A DNA stretch of 64,000 nt, taken from the NCBI GenBank assembly GCA_016906335.1, contig JADEYG010000015.1, forward strand, positions 992,001-1,056,000. The letters run 5' to 3'. The position numbers were made by a program, and so were the translations under genes. The notes below the pieces were generated by a model. It saw nothing but the letters and a program-made list of their open reading frames with translations. It searched no databases and was not told the DNA's origin. Positions within the stretch are counted from its first letter, which is position 1. Every line of letters begins with the position of its first letter. Shown here piece after piece: positions 26,276 to 39,713 of this stretch. Source of the DNA: Novakomyces olei (lineage: Eukaryota).

Positions 26276-26541
26276 GATTGATTTTATGTCGCATTTGTAC
26301 ATATAGATAGTATATACGTCTAAAGGCCATTATTGCAGTCATTTGCAGAAGAATAAAATGTAAGGATAATTAATTCATATAATTAATAATATGCATAAGC
26401 ATATAGTTTTTATGAGCGTTGTTATAGATATGGTTCAGTGTGTAGCGAGCGTACCACCAAAGCTTTTTGTACGCAGAATAGCATATTAATTCATGAATAA
26501 AATCGGTCATCCAGATAGATTGATAAAAGAATCGTGCAAGG

Positions 26542-27136
26542 ATGAGTTCCAAGCTGCAGAGCATGCGGGTAAGCCTCGTCTCCGTTACTGGCGTTTATTT
26601 GTCTGACCCGATTAAATTTAGTTTATGCAAAGAGGCGCGGCTGCACGGCAACGCGAGCCTGAAGAAGCCAAACCGCCTCCGCGAGATACGTCAGAGACAT
26701 GGTACTTGTCGGTACAAAATTCTCCAAAGCAGAAAGCGTAAATGCAGTTAAATTATTAAAACTGACAGAAAGATCACCGGTGATATATGAAACATCAGCT
26801 ATCACGTTCCATAACAGTGAGAGCGATAAAGGCTCAACTGGTCGGCAAAAGTTTGGTGCAAAGGTAGTACATATTCAATCTATCTCAATCGAATCCACTA
26901 ATGATCAATCGCAGTCACCTGAGCCTCAAGACGGGTCTGAGCGCGGAGACCAGCAAGACAATGACTCAGACCAAGATAAAGGAGATGAAGATGGAATGAT
27001 TAATGTTGACGGACTTATGTCGACGCGAAAAGACGACTCTATAAGGAACACGAACAAGAACAAGAGAAAAGGATTGAAGAATGCCAAAAAGTCTCTACTC
27101 TCTACAAAACCCAAAAAGCAGAAACGCCATTCATAA
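26542..27136 (+). CDS. MPP6-like nuclear exosome cofactor (multi-exon)
   Basis: Splicing gives MSSKLQSMR|FMQRG..TWYL..GRQKFG and a basic C-terminus, resembling the Mpp6 'L..MKFMQR' and 'GR.SF' motifs. Confidence 0.6.
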
Positions 27137-27231
27137 AGTGGTATCGAAATTTTAAGTATTTGGAATTTTTGAAAACTATTCGAGGACAAACCTGTCTCGA
27201 TTACGCCGTCGGAAAAGACCTCTGCAAATCG

Positions 27232-28380
27232 TCACCGTCGGCCTTCTTTAGCCTTTTTGCGTGACTTTGACGGCTCCGACTTTACAGGGGCATATTCGGG
27301 AAGACGAAGAATTGCTTCCCGTGCTGTGCTATTGATCTAAACAAGTTAGTCTACTTTGTCGACTGCTCTTCGCCCTACGTGCTTGAAACGGTCCGAGCCT
27401 AGTTGTTAGCAATTGCTTTTGCTATATAGCCTCACCCAAATGTATTCCGCCGTACCAGCGCGACACTACAACAAGCACGTTGGTTACATTCTTCCAATTT
27501 TAGCATCATGCGGTACTCTCAGTAACGTACCATAAGATGGAGAAGATGAGCCAGGCGCAATCCGGCTGCGCTTTCGCCATCGTCGTCATTGTCCTGTACG
27601 GTTACATTATCCGACCGCCGAATAGTATAGGCGTATATATTGTGTGTTGCCTGTTGTGAGCAATCAAAAAAACGCACAGCATGGGATTAGACTAATCAGC
27701 CATAATCTAGACGAAATGATATTGTGAATAAAGCCTTATCAACGACAGAATAACCTTTGAACAAACATCGATAATCTGCTTACTTTCTGGACTTTTTTGT
27801 CATAGTATAGGGCCTGTAAAGCTGCGTGAACTTGTTCCATGCTATCCACATGAAGCGCTCGACCTAGAAAGACGCTTTTACGGTCCGTAACGGCTTCAGA
27901 AAGCGCCCACTGCCATTCCGTTGCGTCAAAAACACCGTCGTCGTCTGATGTAGCAGGAGCTGGTTCAGTATGGGTTTCATCGTACTCCAGGGCTCGAAGC
28001 TCAATAAGATCTTCAATAAGCCCAAACAAACACACCTCGCCCTTTGGCTGCTTTGCTACGAGTGCCTCGACAAAGCTCTTGTCGAGTCCATCGCTTGATA
28101 GTACGGTAGGCGCTTGCGCTGGGTATTCTGGCGTTATACTTAGGACCACCTGTACATCCGTGCGGTTTGGTAGGCGCAAAACGAAGGTATTGGTAGACGT
28201 TTCGCTGAGCGGGACTTTTAGATTAGTAATGTGCTATTTAATTGTCTAGCAAGTAGAAAGAGTATGCACATCTGTCAATTATAGACACAAGAAAATTGAA
28301 TAAAAGACGAGGGCCAACAGACCAACAGAGTCGGGGTATATGGAATTGCATGCCAGCAGTTCGTCGTCCAGCTCAGACAT
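27232..28380 (-). CDS. YIH1: IMPACT/Yih1 (RWD + UPF0029 domains), multi-exon
   Basis: RWD domain (ELDDELLACNSIYP, PEYP), VTDRKSVFLG, ATHNIYAY, QDNDDDGESAAG, VVVSRWYGGIHLG-SDRFKHI. Confidence 0.93.
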
Positions 28381-28649
28381 CAGCCATATATAATCAGACA
28401 GTGTACTAATAATATTAACAATATATGTATTATTTGGTTTGCTTAATCGCGTCCAACGGTACAAAGATTCTGCTCGACCATATATATCCACGGGCCCCTT
28501 GTTTATTTAGCTATTTACAACACGCTGTGCCTATATTTTTATTTTCCACAACTCTACCATTGTACGCTATTTCCAGGTTTAATGACAGGCCAAGATATCT
28601 TTGTCTCGAAACTTTGATCAGCTCAATGGACTGAGCGCTATGTTTGAAT

Positions 28650-29985
28650 ATGAAGTTTTTCGTTTCCGATGAATTGGGGCAGATTAAAGGTGAGCGAAAT
28701 TCGATCTTTTCAATTAACTGTCTAGTGGTGACGGTCGAGGGCCTAAACAATGACGACCACGCAACAGCTACGAATATGGAGGTTTACGGGCGAGCTAATG
28801 CGTTTGATGGCATTACTATAATGCGAGTGTGGAGCGTTATGGGAGAAAAAAACGTAGAACACGAAACATTATTTTTCACAGCTAATAGTCTAGATAGCCG
28901 TTGCCCGCACAACGGGGCTTCTCGAAATATTCAGCGTCACAAGTTTATCCCAAAGCTGGTTCTGCTACCAAAAGGATTCGCCTGATCCTTTTGTTTCACT
29001 TCAAGTGAAAGGCGAGCATCTCTTTGCGGTCGATAGCAGTGGCATGGTTTACATTTTAAACGTGATAAATCAGAATATTGAGAACATTGTATGGTTTTTG
29101 CTCCATCTATTTGCTCAAGTGACAGGAACTCAAAACTGAGGTCAACATAGTTGCAGTGCCTGAGGGTCATCCCGAAATTATTGCCTACTCAGGTCCTGAC
29201 GTGCCTCTCCGTATTGAACGACTCGATCCGTACGGTCAATTGCTAGAAGACCAGAGAAGCCTTCTTTTCGAAGCAGAGTTGGACGTTGGCGACGATGCCA
29301 TTTGTGATATTTGCTTCTTACATAGAATTGGTGCAGACGATTTCGTTCTACTTGTGGCTATGATCTCGGGAAATGTATGTGATACTGATTCTTAGCTTGA
29401 TCTAATCATAAAAGATTAGCGTTTATGATACGTCGGTTCAGCGAAGCCCACTATGGACAAAGCCATCAAAGTTGGAGTCTATACGACTATTGCATCGTGG
29501 TCCAGGCGGCACAGATGGGTAATTGAAAACCAGATGAGCAAGACATACGCTGACAGGATAGTGACTGTACCATCATCGGCGAACGGATAGTAATATTTTC
29601 AGTGCGACTGAAGCGGCCGAAACGCGTCTTTACAGAACAGGCTGACGATGTTGCAGATATCTGCATTTTAGACAGAGATGATTCTATTAAGTCTGAAGAA
29701 GGAGACGATATGGAGAAGAAGGCGTTGAGTCTAAATCGCTTACATATTTCAGTATTAGCCGCAGTCGACAGATCTATGCGTCTTTTGACGGTCTGGGACT
29801 ATGTCAATAACCAAATAGTCGCTACCGTCCCCATTTTTTCGCGCGCAACGAACGTTTTATGCGACGATAACAGCATTCACACAGTTGAAGAAGGATCTAT
29901 CGTAAAACTAGACTCTAAACCAAATGGTGGACGTCAAGAAGAAGGATTGAGTATTGGCGACCTCGACGAAGACGATCTTTTTTAA
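28650..29985 (+). CDS. NSA1: Nsa1/WDR74-like 60S ribosome biogenesis protein (multi-exon)
   Basis: MKFFVSDELGQIK N-terminus, LYDTSVQRSP, LAAVDRSMRLLTVWD, acidic tail DEDDLF. Confidence 0.65.
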
Positions 29986-30549
29986 TGAGAAGCACTATCT
30001 CTCTGTATGCGCATGTTCACAAGCTCAATGCCCGTTCGGCCATGCCAGAAGTCTAAGGAGCTTTCACGCTTAAACGGGAAAACTTCAAGCCGGCCGCAAG
30101 TTTATCGAGATGTATCCGTACCTTTTGTCTCGAAATTATAGAGTATATTAATCTGGTGTAGAAAATGATAAAATAAATACGTTGACCAATGTCTATGTTA
30201 ATTCTTAGACAGCAATATCATACATGCATACGAAACGAATACACTTGTAACGTTTAAACGAATATTTGATGGCATTGGCGACAATGAGCCTATGTTAGGC
30301 ATCACGAATCCCTAATATTATACATCTTGAGTTGATGTCCACACACGTTTTCTTTACTATATTCTTTACTAGATCATTTAATTATTGAATGTGACCTATA
30401 TAATTCCTCAATGTTAAAACAGGTTCACGGGCCCCGTCCACCTTGCGGGGCGTAAAACTATGTAAACCATTACACAATTTATCGACAGCTAATTGTGCTT
30501 TCAGAGGAAGGACGTTCACGGCACTATTTCCAATTCGCATACGGCCAGA

Positions 30550-31391
30550 ATGGCAGACTCTGAGGAGAACGATAATGGTGCTCTTTTGGAGCTAGCAAGC
30601 TTGGAGAACGAATTTCAGATTGCTGAAATTGAAGTGCGTAAGTTTGTCGGCTGCTTTGGCAAAGCTAAAGAATTGCAGTTAAAGAGCAAAACAAGCTTTT
30701 GGCACCATTGTATGAACGCCGACAAAAGCTAGTTAAAAAGCTGCCACATTTTTGGACAGTTGCAATCGAACAAGCCGAAGAAGGCGTGGCGGAACATTTG
30801 TCACCCGAAGATTCTAAAGTATTTGATCATCTGGAGAACGTTCGTGTGGAACGGCCTTTTGATGATCCGCGTGATCTTCGCATTACGTTCGAGTTTGCCC
30901 CGAATCCTTTCTTGGAAGATTCGTCTTTATCTCTTTGCAAAACTTTTCGAGTGCAAAAGACTGATGAGGATTCTGATCAAAAGTTATCAGGCGAAACCGC
31001 TTACATATCAGAAGAAGTGAATATTTTATGGACACCGGCAGCACGACGCGGTGCCGCGCCCGGTCCAGGCAGACCGTCATCTATAAAGAACAAAGGTAAA
31101 AAGGACAATGAGCCGCCCTCTTTTTTTGATTGGTTTGCATGGACTGGCAGCAATGACGATGAGGCATTCGTTGATGCTGATCACGTTGCGGCTTTTATTG
31201 CAGAGGACTTGTATCCCAATGCAGTCAAGTATTTTACAGATGCCATGGGTGAGAGCGATGATGAGGAAGATGATGACGATGAGGATGGATCAGTTGACTT
31301 GGAAGGCGATGACGATGATGAGGGCAGCGAGAAGAGCGACGCGGGGTCTCAATCCGAGGACGGCCCGCCTTCTAAGAAATTAAAAACTTAA
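30550..31391 (+). CDS. NAP/SET-family histone chaperone (Vps75/Ccp1-like), one intron
   Basis: PLYERRQKLVKKLPHFW, ITFEFAPNPF, PSFFDWFAWTG, IAEDLYPNAVKYF, acidic tail and terminal NLS PPSKKLKT. Confidence 0.88.
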
Positions 31392-31560
31392 TCTAAAAAG
31401 TCTTTTGGTTCTATTGAAAGGATTTTGATTTCCCACGAAACCTATGTAGGGCCCCGATAAAGAGATCTGCAAACAAATGAGAATGCAATACTTTGGATGA
31501 AAATAATTTAGAAAGAAAAACAAGTGCAATCATCTAAAGCGGACTACAACAGGTCATTAC

Positions 31561-33431
31561 TCATGAAAATTCTTTACAAAGCGCTTCACGCCACAGTGGC
31601 AGTAGCTTGAATCGGATAGCGTCCAACGATGTAATATCCATAGCCGTAGCAAACTGTGCTGAGCCGTCTATTGCAGCCAGCTCGGTATTCTCCTTCTTCT
31701 CTGCTTCTGCTGGCACGCGCAAAGCCGTCGGTGTGACCTTGGCAGAAGCATGCAAGTCCTGTAAGAGACACAACCACTCCCCTAATCCCAGGCTCGTAGC
31801 CCGGTCCTTCGCGGAACCGCCTAGCATATTTTGAGCTCTTTTGATACTAATGCCGTCCACAGCCTCCCTGTACTTTGCTAGAGCTGTGGCTTCTTCTTTA
31901 ATGCTTTTTAATGTATCTGGATCAAGGTGTTGCAAAGCACTTTCCAGTAGTCCTTCCTCCGAATTGCCATCTTTCGCCACATAAAATTGTAGACAATGAT
32001 GGTACCAGCGCATATAATCTGTGCGTAGAGAAGGACTATTGGCGCATAATTGATGAACAAGTCTCAGGTATGAGCCTTCATGGCGAAGAACGAGCTCTAG
32101 CATATCGTGCGCCGTGCACGCACTGCCTTTGGATTTTACGGTTGCAAGCAAATCATCCAAAAAGACTTGAAGGTCATAAGTCCCGCTTGAAAGATTTACA
32201 GACTTGTGGACCTCGTGAATAACTGGGTAAAACATATCGACAAGCTCTCGCACCAAAACCGTCAAATCTTCATTTTCACACAACGCCTGGATCAGCATTT
32301 CTCTATCACGAATACTTAGCGTCAGTGCTAAATATTGCAATAGATTAGCATGGGTTTCACTGTCCTTTGGCTGCTCAATACTAAAGGACTTGAAAATACT
32401 CTGAACGATAGATGTATGATCCTTTTCGCTCGCATTTCGAATTGAATTCTGTTCCTCCCGAGTACTATTATATACATAACGCTTCAATGCTTCTTTCTGC
32501 TCGTCGCTCCCACTAATCGAGTCCAAGGAGGATATTTTGTTTGTCATTTTGTCCTTATCGGATGACAAAATAGACGAAATTATACTGAATAGTTAAATAT
32601 AGGTCTTTTAATTGTGTGCGGAAATTGACATTACCTTTGCAGCAAATTATGCCTACCCCATATGGGCGGTTTCGCCAGAAAGATTTTGGTAATCGCGGCA
32701 ATCATGTTGCTCACGTTTCCTACCTTGAGCGCCTGACGAATCGCGAACCAGGGCAGCTTTGAATGAACTCGTTCGACCAAGCCAAGCGTGGTGGACGCGT
32801 CAGTGGACGCGACAAACAAATAATGTAATATTGAAGCAATCGTCATACGCACGTGCACATGAGCAGCAAGTAAATTATCCGGCCAGTTTTCCTGTGTATC
32901 GCTCTTCGCGTACAGCGAGACTATTTCATCGATAGCTGAATTGTAGACAGCATCCTGTTTAAATCGCTGCCAGGCGCGTTCAAGTGATTCAGCGTCCTGT
33001 AAGTCATACTCTTGATTTTCATGTTGAGGAACGGATACTTTGCTTAGCAGCCCACGCGATATTGTAGCTAGAAATGTGATGCAGCTAAATCCCAGAAGCT
33101 TGCGTTTACTTATGGTCGCCTTGTCATAAGAGTCAGACAAATTGGCGCGAGCCAATCTTTCAAAAACAGGTTGCAGTGTCTGTGACCAAAATTGTGGCGG
33201 AGCATCTCGTACTGCGGGAAGTGTGTCGGTGAAGAGGAAGCAGTGCATCATACGGGAAAGCAATGGCGAAGGATACGGCTTGTTCTCGTCATTGGAAACG
33301 ACGCTGAAGGGCGGACCGAACGCGGAAAATTGACCGGGAATTTTAAGAGCCTGAAATTCATTAATTGTCTGGAAAACAATAAGCCCGTTTATCAGAGCTT
33401 TGCGCTCGGCACGATCGAGTTGCAGTGCCAT
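31561..33431 (-). CDS. PX-associated (PXB) + DUF3818 domain protein, one intron
   Basis: FGPPF..SPLL..FWSQTLQP..NLSDSYDKATISKRK (PXB) and VHSKLPWFAIRQALKVGN..FLAKP..NLLQRIIS (DUF3818). Confidence 0.75.
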
Positions 33432-35157
33432 AGTTACATTACCGGCTTGGCACGTAGTAATATTTGTGCTAATTATATTGTTCCTATGTAATTGATGATA
33501 TAATTCCTTTTTGTATATTTATCCCCTACAATTAATCGATACTTGGGTCCATTTGGGTCAATTTAATTTAATTTGTGTAAATTGTATACTAAATTAAACT
33601 TCAAGATCATTTAATCATAGCTTAGTTTGATTTGTCGATCATATTATTTAGCACAGTAGCGAGATCAGATAAGCTCGATATAGTATTATAAGTCACGTGC
33701 AAAGCACTATAGATTATGATGCACGTTGTAATAACCATGGATCCTGATTGTTCTGCCGTTAGACTAGCCAAACAACAGCTCAGATTCAGTATTCAAATGC
33801 TTATTCTCAGATATAGAATCTATCATTAGCTATAAACACATGGGCCAGCTTGCTCGCCGTGTTTTTTGTTCAATTTCAGATCCTCACTTAAACTTTACAA
33901 TTAAAAGATTATTGTCGCATCTCGACTGAAGCACTCGGTATCAACCATGTTCAGTAAACGTTCTCCTGTAAACTAAAGTTTGGTTTAAGAGCAATGGATG
34001 TTAAATTGTTCCCGTCATCGCGCTATGAGCTGTGTGATATTATGCCAGTCTTGAAGCCTTGAAATACTCGTCGTGCCTGATCTGAATTATAAAATTTGTA
34101 TTCTATATTATCTATGCATATTATCTGTGCAAGTACTCGACGTGATATATTGAGATAACCGTCCCGCTTAATTTTAAAACGCAATTCTAACACGGCAAGC
34201 AGTACACCATTTGAAATTCAACATTAAATATCGTTAGGTTATGCGTCCTGCGAAAGATTATATGCAACAGTTTCCACAAAGTTTTAGCCGATGCTGAATA
34301 ATACAAACATGCATGATCATCACAGTACATAGCATCTCATTATAAAGGCAACCGTCACAATAAAAGGTACGCAAGCCCCCCAGAGTGGCTCGTTTCATAA
34401 AACGTTAAAAAGTGAGTCAGTTAATAATATTTGACAAAGTACGTAATTAATTTACAAGTCTACAATGTAGAAAGAAACAGTTCTAGACAAGGCTGCACGT
34501 CAAGCTACAAACATAAAGATACGATCGATGAGCAGTGAATAATATACATTGCTGATAATCTAGCACCGCGATAATAATACCAAGTAAATGAAAACACACT
34601 TGTGCAATGCCACATGGTCCAGACCTCCCTATATCAACCCAATACGGATGGGTATTTTACAGATTTTCGGGGAGATGCAGGAAGATCATTGATAAGCAAT
34701 ACTAAAAGCGGCAGTAAAAACCTGTGTGCAGGGGCGTCGAGACCGCGAAACTGGATGCTTTGACAAACTTCCTCAGCCCCTTGAAGAGTGTTTGAACGAA
34801 AATGGGGTGAAAAATAATTTAGAAATCACAAAGTTCAGTGATATAGTCAAAAGAATTATACAAGATCCGGCAATAAGACACGTGTCCACAGCTTCTTTGG
34901 TTTCCTCTTTCATCGCTTCTTATAAAAATCATTGAATACCCTCACAAAGTTGTCCCTGAAGGCCCAAGTTTACCCGCGAACCCTTTAAGATACGCCTATC
35001 AACTGCTTACTACGATTCGTAAAATTATCTAATCTTTAGAATCTCGGGTGTCCTAAAGTCAGCGCGCGCACACGCCGGGATCAATTACAATTCAATCATC
35101 AGAATATGGAAATTTGAAAATAAAAGAGAGCCTTCACGTGTCTCGTACCTTTTTCAT

Positions 35158-35205
35158 CACTAATTCACTAATTCAATAGTTTACTAATTCACTAATTCGC
35201 TAATT
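35158..35205. repeat. Degenerate 8-bp (CACTAATT) tandem repeat in intergenic region
   Basis: cactaatt cactaatt caatagtt tactaatt cactaatt cgctaatt. Confidence 0.75.
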
Positions 35206-37234
35206 ACACGTCTAGACTAGAATTGTAGTGTTCCCGTAAAACACCATGTGGCTTTCTTTTGCCATTCTTATATTACTGCGCTTATTCAATAATGCGGTGC
35301 TTCCTATTCGCAGTGGGCTGTAATATAATCAATCTATATCCTAATAATCTTTTTGCAAGTCTGCCCAATTTCGTTCGCACTTATCATATTTCGCAGTCTT
35401 ATTTCCCACTTTTTCCCTTTTTGACTCAATTTGTTTACATATCGCAAATGTCGCTATTATCCAGTAATAGCAGGCACGCACCACATCGTCATAGCCGGAG
35501 TATCTTTCGCCCCTTCAGTACGAATTTATACATGCTTTTCCAGTCTTTTACATTTGCTCTAACCAACCACAAGTTTAAGGAGGGGTCTCGCCAGCGCTGC
35601 TTTCTTGCCCTCCATTTGATGTATAAATGACTTTATTTCTTTGCGATTAAAGTGGGGGCAAATTACCTACCTATACTTTTAACGCGCAGTGCGGCATTTT
35701 GTACCCGAAAACTGTCTTACAAGAAATTGTGTTGGTAGTGGCAATATTTGTGGGTGAGGAACATATCTTCAAATTTCGCTTTCTTTCCCAACGTGCTGTT
35801 CCGAGACCAGTTCACGCGCACCGATAACGCTTACAGCCGCTTGATAGCCGCGATTCGCTCTCAGTTCCCGTTTTACCCATACAATCGCGCTCTGCGTCGT
35901 TATCATTGGCCAAGCTAAACACGCGACAAGTCAAATAATAGAAAAACAAAATCAGGAGACTGAACTTCAATACGGGTTTTCGAGCCAAAGCTTATGATCT
36001 TGTCTTTGGCTTTTTTAATGCTATCATACAGCACAGTGCTTGAATATCTTTGTGGACACGGCAGTTGTTGCGCACGTTTGTCAAACACGGAATTTGGGCT
36101 AAATTGGGGTGGTCGAGTGAATTATTATATTTAACTTTACGGTACTGATATTGGCGTTGATTCGTCTCGGTATTCGGTTGGACGCTAAATATCAATATTG
36201 CTACATTGAGAATTGACTTCTATACAAATAGAATTCTATATCAATTACCAGAATACGCACTTGGGCGCCAAAAGCTTCTCCCGCTAATTCTTGCTATCAC
36301 TCCGTTTGCTCTACAGCCGCTCTCTGAAGTCGAACGCGCAGTGGGTTGATTTTGTGTGTTTCCCACTTGAGAACTGTGGGGTCAAAGTGTCATGATCATA
36401 TTGTCCCCTGTTTCACGCCCACACTAGCACTTTTATGCTCATTAAGCCAAAGGGAATAAGACAATTGGAGACAAAACTCAATCGGCCGAATATTATTCGC
36501 TAAAACAAATAAACCTTCACGACAATAAATCGGAATCACACAATTGTAGAGCCAAGGGCTTTGCGGAGAGTTTTGGATTTGACGGGATTCGTCGAATTTT
36601 TATCTTGACCCCACTTGTTGTTGTGCACAACCTGATTTTCCTCTTCTCGCTCACCGAGGCTGTATACATATAAGTTATCGTCCCCGATATTCGGGCGAGT
36701 ATACACACATTGGTGGGGTATTGATTGCAGAGTATTTCATTCGAGTGTCCCGGTGTGCAATCAGAGCTTAACGAGCACGAGTTCAAGATTGAAGATATAG
36801 TGGCAGACAGTGCACGCACATTTGTTTAAAGAGTCATTCGCCTGCCGATTCATCGTCTTTTTTTTTTTTTTTTTTTTTGAGCCCTGTTGTGTTGCTTTGT
36901 TGATCTGTGGTTCAAGGTCGGAAAGTCAGCCAATCGGACCTCTGGTGTGCGGGACAGTTAATCACTTGTCCGCCTACTGCTTTGACAATTGTCTTGTAAT
37001 ACTTTCTCCTCTTTTTCTTGCAAATATCCGAATCTGTTCGGACTATGATCTCTTCACCAAAAACCTGCTTCCATCGTAATCGTGCTTTGCGTGTCTCGCG
37101 ATAGCAAACGGGAGCATTAGCTGAAAAAAGCGCGTATAAAGAGGCCTTGAAAAAGAGCAGGAAGAGAAGAAAATACGAGAAGGGAACAAGAAGAGCGAGA
37201 TCGAGAGATCATAACTCACTCAACCGCCAGCCTC

Positions 37235-38688
37235 ATGGACAACAGACCTTCTTTCTTCCGGGACCCTTTATCTCCGAGACAGCGGTCGCGTGTTCCGGAC
37301 AGGTCTCATCCACGTCCGTCTGTGCTACCGCCTGGCATCCACTCAGACAACAATAACAATAACACTAACCTGCACCCGGCTTATACAGCATTTTCGTCTC
37401 ATAAGGAAGATGTGAATACAGGCGCACGGGCCCGACCAGGACCGCACGCTCCACCGGGACCGAGTGAACACGGTGCGCCTGCCTCAAGTCCATCTTCTTC
37501 CTCCGCTACGGGAAACCCAAACATCTTTGCTCCAGGCTACTTTCTTGCCCCTCAGCCCAGCCAGCAACCGGTTTACAATATGGGGCAGTATGGACAGCAG
37601 TACGCTTCTTCCTACCATACATCGTCACCCATTAATTTGTCGTCTGCTCGACTAGGGAGCTCTGCTCCTTTTACTGATTATATGCCTGTGGGATATATAC
37701 AACAACAACAACAACAACAACAACAGCAGCAGCAGCAGCAGCAGCTTCTTGCTCACTCACAACAGCCTGGCCTTGCTTTGAACAGGCAGCAAGTAATGCA
37801 GCAATCTCCAGGAGCAAAAGAGTCTATACTGTACCATCCGTCTGCGCAGTACCCTTCCACAGCAAACTTGACTCACACTCCTCCGCCTTTCCCTTCTTCC
37901 TTGGCTCCTCAGCCTCACGTATCAAACGCGGCTGCAAGTTCAGGCTCAAACACAACTGGACCAACTTTGGCCCTGGACACGGCTCCGTCTGCCTTGCAGG
38001 GCACAAGCATGTACACCTACCCTGGGCAGCCGCCTGCTTATATGGCCCCAGTCGGTTCTGCAGTAGGCCTTTCCGGACCTGCTCCATCAGTAAGAGGCGA
38101 TAGTTCTGCCTGGGAGAGCGCTCCTCCGCCCTCTGATAGCAGCAACAACAACAGCAGCAGCAGCAATAACCCTGCCTCTGCCGGGGTCAATACTACCACA
38201 AAATCGGGTAAAACCCGACGATTTGTTTGCCATTGTGGAAAAGCATTTTCAACTTCAGGGCATTTGGCCCGTCATAATAGAATTCATACGGGCGAAAAGA
38301 ATTTCGAGTGTGCAATCTGCCATGCCAGGTTTAGTCGCAAGGATAACTGCATGCAGCATTACAGGACTCACCTTAACCACGCAGCAGCAGCTGCTGCTGC
38401 TGCTTCTACTGCTGCCAGCAATACGGCTCCCGTACCGGCTTTCACTGCCACTGGAGAAGGATCTCTGCAGCGGCGAGGAAGGATAGCCGGTACATCGAGT
38501 GCGGCACTACACGATCCGTACCGGAAACGGCCGTCAAAGTCAGAGACAGGCCCTGCTTTACCCGAGCTACAGCGCCGGTATGATACAGAAGAATTTAATA
38601 CTGCTCCGTCTTTTATTTCTGCCTCTCAGCAGCAAAGGCTGCCTCAACTGCCTCCTCAATATACCCCAGATGCCAATTTTTTCCCTCT

Positions 38689-38735
<47 letters not shown>

Positions 38736-39235
38736 GGAAGCCGTCGTCCACGTTTCCACGGCAATCTACAGGCTCTGTGTTCCCAGGTGTCAGTAGTTTC
38801 AAGAGCAGCCATACCGGAGAGCGAGTGAAGACTGGCGATAACGAGGAAGCTACTAGTATTCACACTCCGGGGATACTACCTCCGCTACCCTATTCCCGAC
38901 CGGCTTTTGTGCCAACTCCCTCACCAGCAGTCGGCAGCGGGGATCTAGTACCCGGCCATAACAACAACGGGCCTTCCTCGCTGCTAGGGAATACGCAAGC
39001 AGAGCTTTCTGCGGCAGGATTGGCTGGAGCAGGGTTCCGTGGTGATGAGGCTATAGGGCCAGAAATAAACTCTTCTTTTGGATACGTTTCTAGTGCAGGC
39101 ACTAGTAATATTACCAGTGAAAGGAAGCCGGCTACCGCTGCGCAGCCGGGAGCTGAGGCCGGCAGAGAGGACGCTGAGCAGTCGGCTGACAATGGACTAG
39201 ACCAGTTGGCAAAGGTTATTACTTACTATGGATAG
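37235..39235 (+). CDS. C2H2 zinc-finger transcription factor, Nrg1/Nrg2-like, with two poly-Q tracts
   Basis: [36 protein letters not shown] matches the Nrg1 finger pair. Single exon. Confidence 0.88.
37700..37744 (+). repeat. (CAA)8(CAG)7 coding poly-Q tract
   Basis: Directly visible. Confidence 0.9.
38690..38734 (+). repeat. (CAG)14CAA coding poly-Q tract
   Basis: Directly visible. Confidence 0.9.
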
Positions 39236-39668
39236 CGCGAAGGTTGTTGTGCGCTGCTTGTGAATAAGAGTAGTTGGAAATCTGCAAAGTAGTATACCCG
39301 TACTTCTTTCTCATTATTTTTGATATTTTCTTACCCATGTACAAAAGAAAAAAAAAGGAATGAAAAGGAAAAAAGAAATAGCAGTAGCTTACCCTAAGCT
39401 TTGCTTGCATTTTCAACTCTCTATCCTCCAAGATGCTTTTAGCCAGAGAGGTGTAGGGCCGGACGACAGCCAGATTAGGGTAAATTTACCTCTCTTCTTA
39501 TTCATCGCCTTCTAAATTTGGGGCTGATTGCCTTGCGTCATATTCGGCTGTTCCGTTCATTTACTCATCCCAACTCATTGTTTATGCCGACAATTGTTTT
39601 TTTCGCGGATTTTTGTTCCATCATTTCATATTATCTTTAATATTAGCGTTTTCAATTGCTTCGTGGAG

Positions 39669-39713
39669 CTACGGAAAAGGAAACTACGGAAAAGGAAACT
39701 ACGGAAAAGGAAA
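39669..39713. repeat. 15-bp tandem repeat CTACGGAAAAGGAAA x3
   Basis: Three perfect copies in the intergenic region between the convergent TF and GPCR genes. Confidence 0.9.
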
